Assembly: GCA_964016885.1 (NCBI GenBank) | Contig: OZ024742.1 | Coordinates: 255,006,001-255,070,000 of the forward strand | Source of the DNA: Eledone cirrhosa | Taxonomy: Eukaryota | Direction: 5' to 3' | Length of the DNA: 64,000 nucleotides | Made by a program: the position numbers and the translations under genes | The notes under the pieces: generated by a model | The model's database searches: none | The model's input: the letters and a program-made list of their open reading frames with translations, nothing else | Told to the model about the DNA's origin: nothing | Shown: in pieces, positions 28,275 to 40,720 of the stretch | How positions within the stretch are numbered: position 1 is the first letter of the stretch | How the letters are laid out: every line of letters begins with the position of its first letter

Positions 28275-30900
28275 CATCATCATCATCATTATCATCGTTT
28301 AACATCCATCTTCCACGCTTGCATGGGTTTGGATGGGAGTTTTCCCACTTGAGGCAAGATTGGTTGTCTTGCTCGTGTATGAGTGTCTGGTGGGTTTTCT
28401 ACTGCTGGATGCCCTTCCTAACACCAACCACGTTTACAGTGTGGACTGGGAGGTTTTTACCGTGTTACCTACACGGTCACATTACAGCGTGGACTGTGTT
28501 TTATTTTCGTGAAACCTACACGACCTCATTTATTTCGGACTGGATGTTGTGGTACCAACATAATTTTACATCGAAAGGGGTGGTGTATGGGTTGGGGGGG
28601 GGGTTATTTTTGTTAGAGGTGCCTACTGACTGTAGGTTTCGCTTTGTACTTAAGCAAGGCGGGTCTTCTGTATTACTGTGTAGCGCCAAAGATCTCGGTC
28701 CAGTGACATTGTCTTGGAGAGGTGTAAGTGTGTGAGGTTGGAATTTATCAAGTCGTCCCAGGTTTTTCTGGGTCTGCCTACTCCGTGGCTACCGTCTATT
28801 TTTATCGTCCTGCACTTTTTTATACGGCTGTCGTCTTTCATGCGCATCACGTGACCATACCAACGTAGCCTTCTCTCGAGTAAACAACATCTGATTCCTC
28901 TTCTCACTTAGTTCATTTATGCTTTTCCGTTCACGTATATTACTATTTCACATCCAACGGAGCATGCAAGCTTCGTTCCTCTCCAGTCTGCGTATATCCT
29001 CTGCACACAATGCCCAAGTCTCACTGCCATGTAACATTGCTGTTCGTATGCAGGCATCTAACAGCCTGCCAATCATTTTTAGAGAGAACCCTTTAGCGGC
29101 CAATAGTGGTATAAGCTCTCTGAACTTTTTCCATCCCGTTCTGACTCTTGCTACGGTACTTTCAGAGCACCCTCCACCACTGCTTGGTTTACTATCCGGG
29201 TGACCATAGTGTGTCCCACCGTTCCAGATGCTTTCAGCATTTCAGCAACTATTTCCGAAGGCCCAGCCGCCTTGCCTGACTTCATGTCTTTGATCGCCTT
29301 ACTTATTATACTACCTTCAGCTTGCACTGCTGGTCCCTCTATTGGATCGATGTGGGGGGAGACTGTCTTTCTCCCAATTATTTTCCTCTTTTAGTAGCCT
29401 TTCGTAGTGACACTTCCAAGCTACCTTCTTATCAGCGTCAGTGATGGCAAGTATACCATTATCATTAAGGACACACTTCTCCCCGACAATATCACGGTTT
29501 TCCTTGACACATTGCCTAGCAATCCTGAACACCTCACGTTTTCGGTCCTCGCGTTGTAGAACATGCTTGAACTTTCTTTCCTCTGCTTCCCTTCTTGCGA
29601 AGTACACATGTCTCCTAGCTTCCCTCCTTGCCACTTGATAGTCTTCTCTACTTCCCCCATCCCGCTATACTTTCCAAGCCTGCTGTTTGGCCTTGATCGA
29701 CTCCTCCACCTTACTGTTCCACCACCACATTACTCTTCTCCTGCCTATAGGTCTGCTCCAGCCACAGATTTCATCTGTCGCCTTCAGCAGGTTAGCTTTC
29801 CGGAATTCCCACTGTTCCTCTATATTGTACGACTCTAATTGCTCTTCCTTACTGTCAAAAGCATCAAGTAATATGCTTTTAAATTTATTACTGGCTGTGG
29901 GGTCCTTTAACTTCCATATTTTTCTCCTGAGGATAGTCCTCCTCTGTTGTCGGATACGTCTCGTCCTGACTATGAGGTCGCTAACTATGAGGCTATGTTG
30001 GGAGGTGCATTCTTCATGGGGGAGGGATTTGGTGTTTACAACAGACACTCTGTCTCGTCTTCTGGTAAGGATATAATCTATCTGACTGGCGTGTTCCCCT
30101 GATCTGTAGGTGATCAAGTGATTGTCTCGTTTTTTGAAGTTTGTGTTACAGATAGTTAGATTATTTGCGTCACAGAATTCCAGGATTCTGGAGCCTTCTT
30201 CATTTCTAGTACCAAACCCATAGCCTCCATGGATTCCGTCATAGCCGTCACAGTGTTGTCCAACGTGACCATTTAGATCGCCAACAATAATTATATAGTC
30301 ACTGTCGGTTATTTGGGAGGTAATGAGCATTAAAGTCTCATAGAATCTGTCTTTTATAATGCCAGGCAGTCCGGATTGGGGTGCATATGCAGATATAATT
30401 GTCACATTAGTTCTATTGAGGAGAAGTCTATTTACGTCTATTATCTTATCTGCCCACTTTTCTGCTACCATGATTCCCACTCGACCCAGTCCATTGTCAT
30501 TTCCCACCCACAAAAGGTTATAGCATCGTTCTTTACCCACAATGAATCTAGCAGACCCACCCCTCCAACTGGTCTCTTGAATACAGCAAACATCAACCTC
30601 CTTACGTTCAAGCATCTCTACAAACTCGTTAGAGCAACCTTTTAAGGTACCTACATTCATGGTACCAACTCCGAAGTTTGGGATTGCATTTGGTGGGTGG
30701 GGAGGACAGGGCGCAGGGAGGGGTGAGGGAGATGGGGCTATGTTAGTCGTCCGCGGCCTAAATAAAGAGGAGTCATTGCATTCTCGTCCAGCAGCATGAG
30801 GTGAATTTGTCTTTGGCATTGTCACTGAGTGTCCAGATTTTTCAGACTCTCCAGAATTCCGTAGTCCATCCATCATATCGAAAGGCAACCAGGTCTAAAC
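28275..30900 (-). mobile_element. RTE-clade LINE, decayed, RT catalytic core internally deleted
   Basis: APE endonuclease ORF 29665-30888; C-terminal RRLRWYGHVMR...GRPRKTW at 28650-28907; (GAT)n 3' tail near 28275-28295. The sequence jumps from early RT to GGGCSES...ARVRTGW near 29195. Confidence 0.9.
29665..30888 (-). pseudogene. APE-type endonuclease domain of the RTE LINE
   Basis: Motifs GTMNVGTL, CCIQET, ISAYAPQ, VGDLNGHVG, SQIDYIL, SQHSLIV. Confidence 0.9.
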
Positions 30901-31539
30901 TTAAGTGATAACATGGGCCGCTGACTTATGATTGGTCCAAGTAATAATAATGGTAGTGAGTGGGGGAGGAATCTGGGGTAGTTAGCAAGAAGGTTATAAA
31001 ATAAAATTCACGAAATTTTGGCCATAATCGAACGAGCATATAACTGTAATAAGGGAAGATTTGTGGGATTTTAAAATACAAGAAGATTATTTGAATGATC
31101 AAACAGAATTATCGAATAACATTGAAAAAGAAGAAAACAAAAAGGAAAAGGTTGTATTCTGGACGATATGATACAGATAGATGAATGGACAAGGGGACAG
31201 GGAGAGACGAGAAAATAGAATTCGTACATTACATTTCACAGAAGATCGAGCGAGCGATGTAGCCAAGAATATGGGTCGACAAATTTAGTTTATGTTTATT
31301 TTATGTTTGAAGAGAGAGGGATGGGATTGAGAGAGAGCCAGCAGGCAAGTATACAATGTATGAGGGGGGGGGGGGGGTAGTAGGGAACAGGAAGGTTAAT
31401 TTATGAAATCCTAGAATTTCGACAATATTTAAACGAGTGAGGAAGTTATTTTATAAAAATAAAAATTGAGAGAAGTTTATAGAATAAAATCCACAAATTT
31501 TGGGCCTTAATTGGCGAGCATATAACTAATATATATATA

Positions 31540-31895
31540 TAACAGCTGATCACCTTTGAGCCTAAATAGATAAAGCAAACTGTTCTTCTGAGTTTAGCAT
31601 TATTTGCAAATATTCCAATATCATTATCAATATTTAAACACATCTACTCAGTTTTTGCAATGTTTAGTTCTAGGCCAACAGTGTGTGCTTTGTATATTAT
31701 GTGATTTAAATGATCTTGTGCTTTCTGTATTGAATGCATAATTAAAACAATGTCATCTTCGAATGCCAGGTTTGATAACTTGATACCAGATATAAGCTCA
31801 ATGCCGTCTTCAGGATGAGCTCCTTTTTTTTAAATGTGGTCGATAATGATGAAAAATATATACGTTGCTAAAGTATCTCCTTGTAATATGCCTTT
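31540..31895 (-). mobile_element. Old non-LTR RT fragment
   Basis: Minus-strand translation gives GILQGDTLATYIFFIIID and LAFEDDIVLI (degenerate QGD and xADD motifs). Confidence 0.6.
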
Positions 31896-32537
31896 ATCTA
31901 CTTAGGCTCAAACGTCATCAGCTGTAATTGCACTGGTGAGGAAGACATACTTCACAGAAGAGTATTAGCCTATAAGGCAATGAATGACCTTCAAGCGATT
32001 TTGAAAGCAAGCATTGTATTCATCTGAAGTTACAGATGAATAATACACTATGTCTACCAGTGTTTCTTTATGGCTGTGAGACACGGATCGTGCATGCGCA
32101 AAAACTAGCAGTGAACACATTTCACACAAATTGTCTGTGCATCATCTGTGGCGTAACATACTAAGATCGTATAATAAATGCAAAAATTTCCGCATGCACA
32201 GTGCAGTCATATCTCTATGCTCAGGTTTGAAACCGGCGATTGACATGGATTGGTCATCAATTCTGTCATCCAATTAACAACTAACAACTTCTATGCTGAA
32301 CAGGAGGTTGCTGCAAGAGACAAAGACCAAAGACCACATTCCAAAGAATGTTCACAAAAGAACTGAATGCATAAGTCATCAGAAGGCCAATGATAGAAAT
32401 GCTTGGGCAGCTTTTATTTTATCTCCCCCATGACATTATGATATTATTTTAATATGGTTTATGTATGTGCACATATTTCTCTGTGTTCTATTATTTCATT
32501 TGAAATAATAAATATTGATTGATTGATATATATATAT

Positions 32538-32866
32538 ATATAATAGAAAACGAAAAATCAGTGATGCATCTGAACTCAATTTATTGTGTGTTACAATTGT
32601 TTCGCCGGCGGACAGCTCGAGACGTGATCGTTGTGTGGATCTGTCTGATTCTGGACCCGCAGGTTCGACGGATACGTCTAATGATTTCGGAGCATGACGC
32701 GATCATTGTGTGGATCTGTTTGATTCTGGACCCGCTGGTTCGACGGACACGTCTAATGATTTCGGAGTATATTCTCTCACGTCTCGAGCTGTCCGCCGGC
32801 GAAACAATTGTAACACACAATAAATTGAGTTCAGATGCATCACTGATTTTTCGTTTTCTATTATAT
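32538..32866. repeat. 90-bp inverted repeat (32538-32627 / 32777-32866) enclosing a 75-bp-period direct duplication; PLE-pLTR-like fold-back element
   Basis: Arms are reverse complements by eye; direct copies at 32626-32693 and 32701-32768. Confidence 0.9.
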
Positions 32867-32939
32867 CATACTCTGCTCTGTATGAGCATAGAGTGCTCAA
32901 CCGGCATACCGCCTATGGAAGCATCTTAGCTACCATCAG

Positions 32940-33005
<66 letters not shown>

Positions 33006-33079
33006 GTGTGTATGTTAAAAGTAAAGAGAAATAAAGCAAATGACACAGTACATATATATATATGTACATATAGCATCAT

Positions 33080-34745
33080 TATCATCATGGTTTAATGTTA
33101 GTCTTTCCACACTTGCATAGGTTAGATGAGTTGTCCCATTGTGAGACAAGCCAGATCAGATGACTGTGTTTTATTTATACAGCGCTGATTTTGGACTGGT
33201 TTCTATGTTTGGATGCCCTTCCTAATGTCAACCACATTTACAGTGTGTACTGGGTGCTTTTTGTCATGACACCTACATGACCACTTTACAGTGAGGACTG
33301 GGTGAATTTTGTTGTGCTACCAACGCCAACAATTTACAGTGTGGAGTGTGTGCTTTTAGTCGTGGCACAAAAATTACCACTTTCCAGTGTGAACTGGGGG
33401 CTAGGGTACATCTGGCAAAGGTGCAGTGTGAGGGTGTGGATGGTGTATGGAAGAGGGTAAGAAAGGTAACGTAAAGGAAGGTGGTGAATACTAGATGTGT
33501 GCTTCAACACTTACCCATGGAAGGTGAGTCTTCTATATTAATGCATAATTCCAGAGATCTCGATCCTGTATCATGGCCTTTGGGAGGTTCAAGTTTACAA
33601 GGTCAGCTGTTATCACCTTATCACAAGGTATCCTAGGTCTTCCTACTCCATAGCTTCCATCAACTTTGAGTGCCCTGCACATTTCTATGCAGCTGTCATC
33701 CTTCATATGCATCACAAGTCCATACCACCACAATCTTCTCTCCTGGTGAGACAACTGCAGGAGAGGTATTTAACTAAGAGTAAGCCATTATATCTATCAG
33801 TTGTGGATCTAGTGAAGGCCTTCAACAGGGTCCCATGCTCTATAATCTGGAAGCTATGTGTAGACAAATGACTTGTAGGGGTTGTGCATGCCATGTATAG
33901 AGGAGCAGCCAGCATAGTGAGAGTTGGCAATGATTATTGTGATGAGTTTGAAGCACAGGTGGGAGTCTACCAGGGATCAGTCCTCAGCCCGCTTCTGTTT
34001 ATCATTGCCCTTTAGGCCATCATTGAGGAGTTTTAAATTGGCACTCCAGGGGAGCTCCTATTTGCTGATGACCTCTGTGCTCATAGCTGAATCTGCAGGA
34101 AAGTTAGTGGCAACATTTCAAGCATGGAAGAAGAACCTAGAGTTGAAAGGCCAAAAAGTAAATTTAGCAAAGACAAAAATCCTAGTAAGTAGGAACGAAG
34201 ATTATACCATCAGGAAAATGACATTGTTTGATGTATCATAAAGGGTTTGGCATAAATTCCATAAGGTGCATTCAATATAAACTATGGATGCACAAGTGAT
34301 GTAGTGGGATTGTAGGCAGGCTAATAGAAAAGATAAATTTTAAATGTAGCAGATACACTGGAGAAATGAGCACCAATAGCACACATAAAATAGATTTTCT
34401 CAGCTGCCAGGGGATCTCCATAGAAGTTGTTGACAGCATTTACTACCTAAGCAATCTAATTAGTAGTGGGGTGGATGTGCTGAAAGTTTGATAGCTAGAA
34501 TAAGAACAGGCTGGAAGATGTTTAGAGATTACCACTGCTAACAACAAAATGGTATTCTCTCAGATGGAAAAGTAGACTCTATGATACGTCTGTGCAATCT
34601 GAAATGTTATATGGCAGTGAAACATGGGCCTTGACTGCATGCAGAAGACCTGCGTGGCTAGAAAGAAATGAGTTGAGTATTCTCCAATGGATGTATAATG
34701 TTAGTGTACATAAACGACATAACATAAGCAAACTGAGAGAAAAAC
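33080..34745 (-). mobile_element. RTE LINE with 5' inversion (3' part minus 33080-33745; RT part inverted on plus 33746-34745)
   Basis: Minus ORF QERRLWWYG...GRPR plus 3' UTR; plus-strand decayed RT from VRQLQE through QGSVLSP to LREK. Confidence 0.8.
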
Positions 34746-35140
34746 AATGGCAGTGACTGCAGAGGACATGCGTTGACTGGAGAGAAATTAAGCAACCATG
34801 TTTCGTTGGATGTGCAATGTAAATGTGAGAGAAAGGTAGAGCTTGAATAAGCTGAAAGAGAAGCTGGGTTTAAGAGGAATCTGAGATGGTGTGCAGGAGA
34901 GAACACTGCATTGGTATGGTCATGATGGGCATGGACAATGACCAATGGGTGAAGAATTGCCAGAAAATCCCAGTGGAAGGAAGCCGCAGTTGAGGAAGTC
35001 CAAGAAAGACCTGGGCAGAGATTGTAAAGAGATGACGAAGGAACATGACAAGTGGAAGGATGCCATACTGAAAAGAACCTGTCCTACTCATGCAAGCATG
35101 GAGAAGTGAACGTAAAAGCGATGATGCAGATTATGATGAT
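34746..35140 (+). mobile_element. RTE LINE 3' fragment
   Basis: Homologous to the 3' end of the 58095-60320 copy; ends in a GATGATG tail. Confidence 0.75.
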
Positions 35141-35149
35141 GAACATCAT

Positions 35150-35900
35150 CATTATTTTACATCTGATTTTCTCTTCTCACAAGGGTGGGACGAGTCCTCT
35201 TCAGCACAGCATCTCTCCATTTCTCATGGTCCTTCGTTATCTTCTCTCTGAGCTTTAGTGATATAAAGTCAGTGCTCACCACCACCGCCATGTTTTCTGT
35301 AGTCTTCCTTCCACTGGGATTACTTGGTACTTCTTTACCCTTGCTTGGTTGTTTATGCACATTGGCATTGCACATCTATTAGAGCATGCTATGCTTTCTT
35401 CATTTCTCTCCAGCCTTCGCATATCCTCCACAGTTGCTGCCCATATCTCACTACCATGCAGCATCGTGCATCTCACACAGGCATTCTACAACCGACCTTT
35501 CATTCACAGGGAGAAACCCTTCATTGTCAACAGAGGAAGCAGCTCCGTAAACTTTTTCCACCCTGTCCTTATTCTAGATTCTATGGTCTCGGAGTATCCT
35601 ACTCACTTGCTAATTGGTTCACCTAGATATCGGAAGCTATCAACCACCTCTATAGATCCTACCTGCATTTGAAAAATTTGCCTATCACTAACACTTCTAC
35701 TATCAATTTTGCCTGAACATCTACTGCTTAAAAAGTTTTCCTTTCCTGTTAGTTTGCCTGCTTTCCCACTATACCTCACGTGTACCCAATATTTGCATTG
35801 TGTACATCTTATAGAGTTTATGCCTTTTCTACATATCGAGCATGGCCATTTCCATGGTGGAATCAGAGTCTTGTACTCTTTTGTACTTATCAATACTTTA
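35150..35900 (-). mobile_element. RTE LINE 3' fragment
   Basis: KWPCSICRKGINSIRCTQCKYWVH, VVDSFRYLG, MLHGSEIWA. Confidence 0.85.
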
Positions 35901-35999
35901 GATGATATTTGTTTGAATACATATATGTATATATATATCATATATGTGTATATATATATATCATCTATGTATATATATATCATCTATCTATATATATAT

Positions 36000-36505
36000 C
36001 ATCATTATCATCATTGTTTTAACATCCACTTTCTCTGCTAGCAAAGGGTTGACAGGCCTACATAAACCAAACCAGTACTGAAGTGGAGCCTCTGTTCTCC
36101 TACACAAGCCAGGCACTTGTATCTTGCTAATGTATGGTTTCACGTTCTACCGAGTGCAGAGGAGGAGTATTCATGTCTTTCACATACCTGTGGGTCCTCC
36201 TAAACTTTTGTTTTTCAAGATTTCTACAGCTGGATGCCTTTCCTATAATCAACCGCTAAAGAGGCTGTCATATTCTTGACAGGACTGAAGATTCATCAAA
36301 ACTCTTTGTTTGAGAAGTTTTCTATGGTTGGATGCCCTTCCTATCATCAACCACTTTACAGCATGTACTGGGTGTATTTATTCTTTATATCACCGAACAC
36401 TAGGGAGGCTGTCATGTTCTTGACATGACTGAACTGTCCTTCCAACACTTTGTTTGGTAGGCTCTCCATGGGTGAGTATCCTTCCCATCAGTAACCACTT
36501 CACGG
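36000..36505 (-). mobile_element. RTE 3'-UTR / RTE-dependent SINE-like fragment
   Basis: CATCAT tail followed by GTTTTAACATCCACTTTCTCTGCTAGC, and GGATGCCCTTCCTA...AACCACTTTACAG motifs shared with 28290-28450 and 33080-33300. Confidence 0.65.
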
Positions 36506-36529
36506 GGGTATGTGTGCGTGTGTGTGAGT

Positions 36530-36615
36530 GTATATATATATATATATATATAAAAACATATTATATATATATATAAACATATTATATATATATATAAACA
36601 TATATATATATAAAC

Positions 36616-36694
<79 letters not shown>

Positions 36695-36718
36695 ATATTA
36701 TATATATATATATATATA
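36530..36718. repeat. (TA)n microsatellite with TAAACATAT interruptions
   Basis: Direct reading. Confidence 0.95.
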
Positions 36719-36915
36719 TTTCGTTTCTGAATTTGTTTAGCAAGATTCTTTATCTGAAAACATGTGTTGAAACCGATATTGTTATACTTTGGGAGGGTCA
36801 TGTTGCCAATAAGAAACACACGCACCAGTTGATTTCACTTCAATTTATTACAAATTAAATTTATAAATTTCCGGTTGGTTGGTTGGTTCCACAACCAGAT
36901 GATTGTTCATATATT

Positions 36916-36958
36916 GTCAAAGTTCTTTCGTCACACATTCTGTGACCTCTTCTGTGAC
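36916..36958 (-). ncRNA. pLTR hammerhead, core-mutated copy (CAGAAGA)
   Basis: GUCA CAGAAGA G-GUCACA GAAUG UGUGAC GAAAG AA CUU UGAC. Confidence 0.6.
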
Positions 36959-37153
36959 TGGGGATTCTTTTCTTTGTTTTTGTGCCTCTCCTTTGTTCTG
37001 TCCTACGCCATCTTGTTTTTGTGTGTGTTGTGTGCTTACTTTGCGCATGTGTCACATCCGGATGCCTGTGTGTGTTTATATTTGTTTATTTATTTGTTTA
37101 TTTACATGTTACTGGTTGGTTGTTTGTTCTATGTGTGTGTTTTCATTTTGTCC

Positions 37154-37807
37154 TTAATTGTAAGTTGTAATGTTGCTGTTCCATTCATGTTTTCTATTTA
37201 ATTTTGGTTGGAGTTCATTTATGTGTATTGCCTCTGTGATTTTTGCGTCTTTTCTGTGTGTAGATTCTATTTTTATTTCTATGTTCTCTAATTTACCCTT
37301 ATGTTCTATTTTAGCATGTTGGTGGAGTACAGATGATTCTTTACTATCTTGAAGCTCTCGCCAATGTACATTTATCCGTTCCCCTTTACTATGAGCTGTC
37401 TCACCTATGTACACTATATTCTTATATCTACATTGTCCTTCAGTACATCTTATGCTATATACTACATTTCTAGTTTTACAGTTAATATGGGGGCTTAATT
37501 TACAGATTATACATTTGTTATCTATACAGGGAGGTCTTTTAAAAGGGTATGTATTGCTAATAAGTGTTTTTATGGAGGTACCTGGTCTTTCTACTATCTT
37601 AATATTGAGTTTATGTTTATCTAGGGCCCTTCTAAATGTGTAAGCTAATTCAACTCTAGGGGTTGTATCGATGAACATTACACTCTGGTATTTATTGCTA
37701 TCATACCATGAATTTATTCTATTAACCTTATTCCTAGTTATTTCTATTCTATTCCAAAATGTGCTTCTATACGAGGGGCAGGTCCCATTTGTATCATTAT
37801 TTACCAT
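37154..37807 (-). pseudogene. PLE linker Zn-motif and GIY-YIG endonuclease
   Basis: VVYSIRC-x-C-x-YIGET, R-x3-H, EAIHI, LN. Confidence 0.9.
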
Positions 37808-37894
37808 GTTTTCCTATTTGGTTCTGGCTCCTCTATATACTCTGATTTTATCTCACTGATTGTAACCAGAGAACTGCATTTGGTGGATGAAGTG

Positions 37895-38563
37895 TTATAT
37901 GTTTCTCTCTAGTTCTTTGGGGTTGCACATGCGGGACACGTTTCTCATCACCCGTACCAAATCCGCAATCATTATGTTGATTTTGGTATGGTCCGAAACA
38001 GCTGACTTTCGGTGGATCATATATTTGGAAGTCATGGGTTTGGCATAAGGGGAATGGAGGATTTGTTTTTTGTTATTAATGGTATCTAACCAGAGCGCTG
38101 TGTCTAGTACAGGTAATCGAAGGTTGGGGTGTTTGCTTGGGTAGTCTATAGTAACTCTTATACTCTGGTGGATGGAGTTAGCTATTTGCTGGATGCTTTC
38201 CATGGTGTTTTTCTCTAATTCCTGACTGTTCTCTAGTGGGGATGTTTTTACTACGATGCTTATATCATCAACGTAGCGGGAGTACATTATCAGGGTTAAG
38301 GGGTTGCTCTCTTCTAATTGTTCTTTAAGTTTAAGTTTAAGTCTACTGTCCCACCATACCATGAATAGGTTAGCTATGTCTCCTGCAATGCTAACACCAA
38401 TGGTTGCTCCCTCCTCTTGGGCATATGTTTTTCTATTAAATTTGGACATATGTTCCTTAAGGGTTAATTTTATACTGGCTCCCACCGCATGTGCAATCAT
38501 TTTCTTTAGTTCATCGTGGTTTTGGGGGGGGGGGTCCGTATCGCTCTGGTCTACCCGTTCCAT
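37895..38563 (-). pseudogene. PLE reverse transcriptase (C-terminal motifs and thumb)
   Basis: QEEGATIG, RYVDD, LPVLDT, YAKPM. Confidence 0.9.
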
Positions 38564-38753
38564 CTAATGTATGGGTTTTCTTGGCCATTGAAGTAATGGT
38601 AGGTGGTCTGCCTCTTGCTGGTCTTGTAGGGCACAGGCTGCTAAGGCCATATGTATCTAGATAATCATTACTATAGGTAAGTTTAAGTAGGGGTCCCAGC
38701 TCACTGGTATCAATCCTACGGAATTCAAAATTGCTCTCACTGATCAGTTCTAC

Positions 38754-38971
38754 GCCCCATCATTGAAATGTCCCCAGATATATGTGACAGCACGGAGGAT
38801 CTCCTCGGCAGAATCGGCGAGAGTAACCGATATAGGGACCTAACAAACTGCATAATAAGTAGTATGAATGTTGTGTCTCTGTATCCATCTATTGACGTAG
38901 ATTTTGCTGTGGAGAAATGCGTAGAAATGATCAGTGAGAGCAATGTTGAATTCCATGGGATTGATAGTAGT
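38754..38971 (+). pseudogene. Inverted PLE RT motif-A fragment
   Basis: ISSMNVVSLYPSIDV; its last ~50 bp are an inverted duplicate of 38703-38753. Confidence 0.8.
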
Positions 38972-39790
38972 ATGTATATATATATACATACATGCGCACA
39001 TATATATATATATGTACGTATGGATTCACCGAACATTTATTATAATGCTCGGTGTGTTTGTAAACAAACATCCCGAATTAAGCCGTACAGTGTCTAGCAA
39101 CCATCGTTGCTCATTTGTTCAAACCTGACAAAGGAAGGCTGTACTAGTTTCAAGCTTATTAGCTATCGTCAGCAACGTATACCTTCCAGCCAGATGATTG
39201 AACGTCTGAAAGTATATACTTTCCTTATGCATATTACAAACACACCGAGCATTATAATAAATGTTCGGTGAATCGATACGTACATATATATATATGTGCA
39301 TGTATGTATATATATATACATACTACTGTACGTCTGTATACATATATGTATGTACGTATACATACTTATATTTAAGTAACAGCCGTACTAAGAGTGAGAA
39401 ATGAAATTTTGTTTCATTTTTTCCGTTTATCGTTTCCGGTACCGCGGCTGATTAACTCACTCGATATGCAAATTAGGCTGCTCAGCCGTTAATATGAATA
39501 AGGAAAGTATATACTTTCAGACGCTCAATTCTCTGGCAGGAAGGTCTACGTTGCTGACGATAGCTAATAAGCTTGAAACTAGTACAGCGTTCCTTTGACA
39601 GGGTTGAACAAATGAGCAACGATGGTTGCTAGACACTGTACGGCTTAATTCGGGATGTTTGTTTACAAACACACCGAGCATTATAATAAATGTTCGGTGA
39701 ATCCATACGTACATATATATATATGTGCATGTATGTATATATATATACATACTACTGTACGTCTGTATCCATATATGTATGTACGTATAC
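38967..39790 (+). mobile_element. Non-coding HHR element (~429-bp period, partial tandem) with an inverted 5' copy; retrozyme or non-autonomous PLE
   Basis: 39234-39372 repeats at 39663-39790; 38967-39236 is the reverse complement of ~39489-39755. Confidence 0.8.
39548..39590 (+). ncRNA. Minimal type I hammerhead ribozyme (inverted copy at 39136-39178, minus)
   Basis: ACGUUG CUGACGA U-AGCU AAUA AGCU-U GAAAC UA GUA^ CAGCGU; palindromic stem III ACUAGU. Confidence 0.85.
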
Positions 39791-39814
39791 ATACTTATAT
39801 ATATATATATATAA

Positions 39815-40530
39815 TATTTCGTTTCTGAATTTGTTTAGCAAGATTCTTTATCTGAAAACGTGTGTTGAAACCGATATTGTTATGCTTTGGGAGGATCATG
39901 TTGCCAATAAAACACACACACACCAGTTGCTTTCACTTTAATTTATTATAAATTAAATTAAAAAATTTCCAGTCGGTTGGTTGGATTCACAACCAGACGA
40001 TTGTTCATATATTGTCAAAGTTCTTTCGTCACACATTGTGTGACCTCTTCAGTGACTGGGGATTCTTTTCTTTGTTTTTGTGTCTCTCCTTTGTTCTAGA
40101 ATAGAAAATAGAAAACATGAATGGAACAGCATCATGACAACTTACAATTAAGGACAAAATGAAAACACACACACACATAGAACAAACAACCAACCAGTAA
40201 CATGTAAATAAACAAATAAATAAACAAATATAAACACACACAGACACTCGGATGTAACACATGCGCAAACTAAGCACATAACACTCACAAAAACAAGGTG
40301 GCGTAGGACAGAACAAAGGAGAAGCACAAATACAAAGAAAAGATTCCCCAGTCAGTGAAGAAGTCACAGAATGTGTGACGAAAGAACTTTGACAATATAT
40401 GAACAATCGTCTGGTTGTGGAACCAACGAACCGGAAATTTATAAATTTTATTTATGATAAATTGAAGTGAAAGCAACTGGTGCGTGTGTTTCTTATTGGC
40501 AACATGACCCTCCCAAAGCATAACCATATA
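39815..40530. mobile_element. Pair of PLE pLTR copies in divergent orientation (39815-40096 minus; 40097-40530 plus), same family as 36718-37200
   Basis: High identity to 36718-37200; the plus copy starts with the NRKHEWNS...TYN* coding tail; flanked by (TA)n. Confidence 0.9.
40014..40056 (-). ncRNA. PLE pLTR minimal hammerhead with intact core (mutated copy at 40351-40393, plus)
   Basis: GUCA CUGAAGA G-GUCACAC AAU GUGUGAC GAAAG AA CUU^ UGAC. Confidence 0.8.
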
Positions 40531-40534
40531 TGTT

Positions 40535-40665
<131 letters not shown>

Positions 40666-40720
40666 GTGAGGTTTTTTTTACAAAATGAAAAATAACCGAG
40701 GTGTCCTACACGAGTGAAAG

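Larger units (their letters stand above)
36718..38971 (-). mobile_element. Penelope-like element (RT + C-terminal GIY-YIG), Naiad-like, 5'-truncated with an inverted 5' segment (38754-38971, plus strand)
   Basis: RT motifs GATIGVSIAGDIANLFMVWWD, YSRYVDDI, LPVLD, MQFSGY; EN motifs CIDNKCIIC...CKTRNVVYSIRC...YIGET...EAIHI...LNRKHEW; pLTR 36718-37200 overlaps the ORF end. Confidence 0.92.

Noticed and set aside
37820-37860. In-frame TGA in the PLE ORF as selenocysteine recoding (reported for some Naiads)
   Set aside because: The TGA is not in a Cys motif, a TAG and frameshifts lie nearby, and the EN cysteines are normally encoded; simple decay is more likely.
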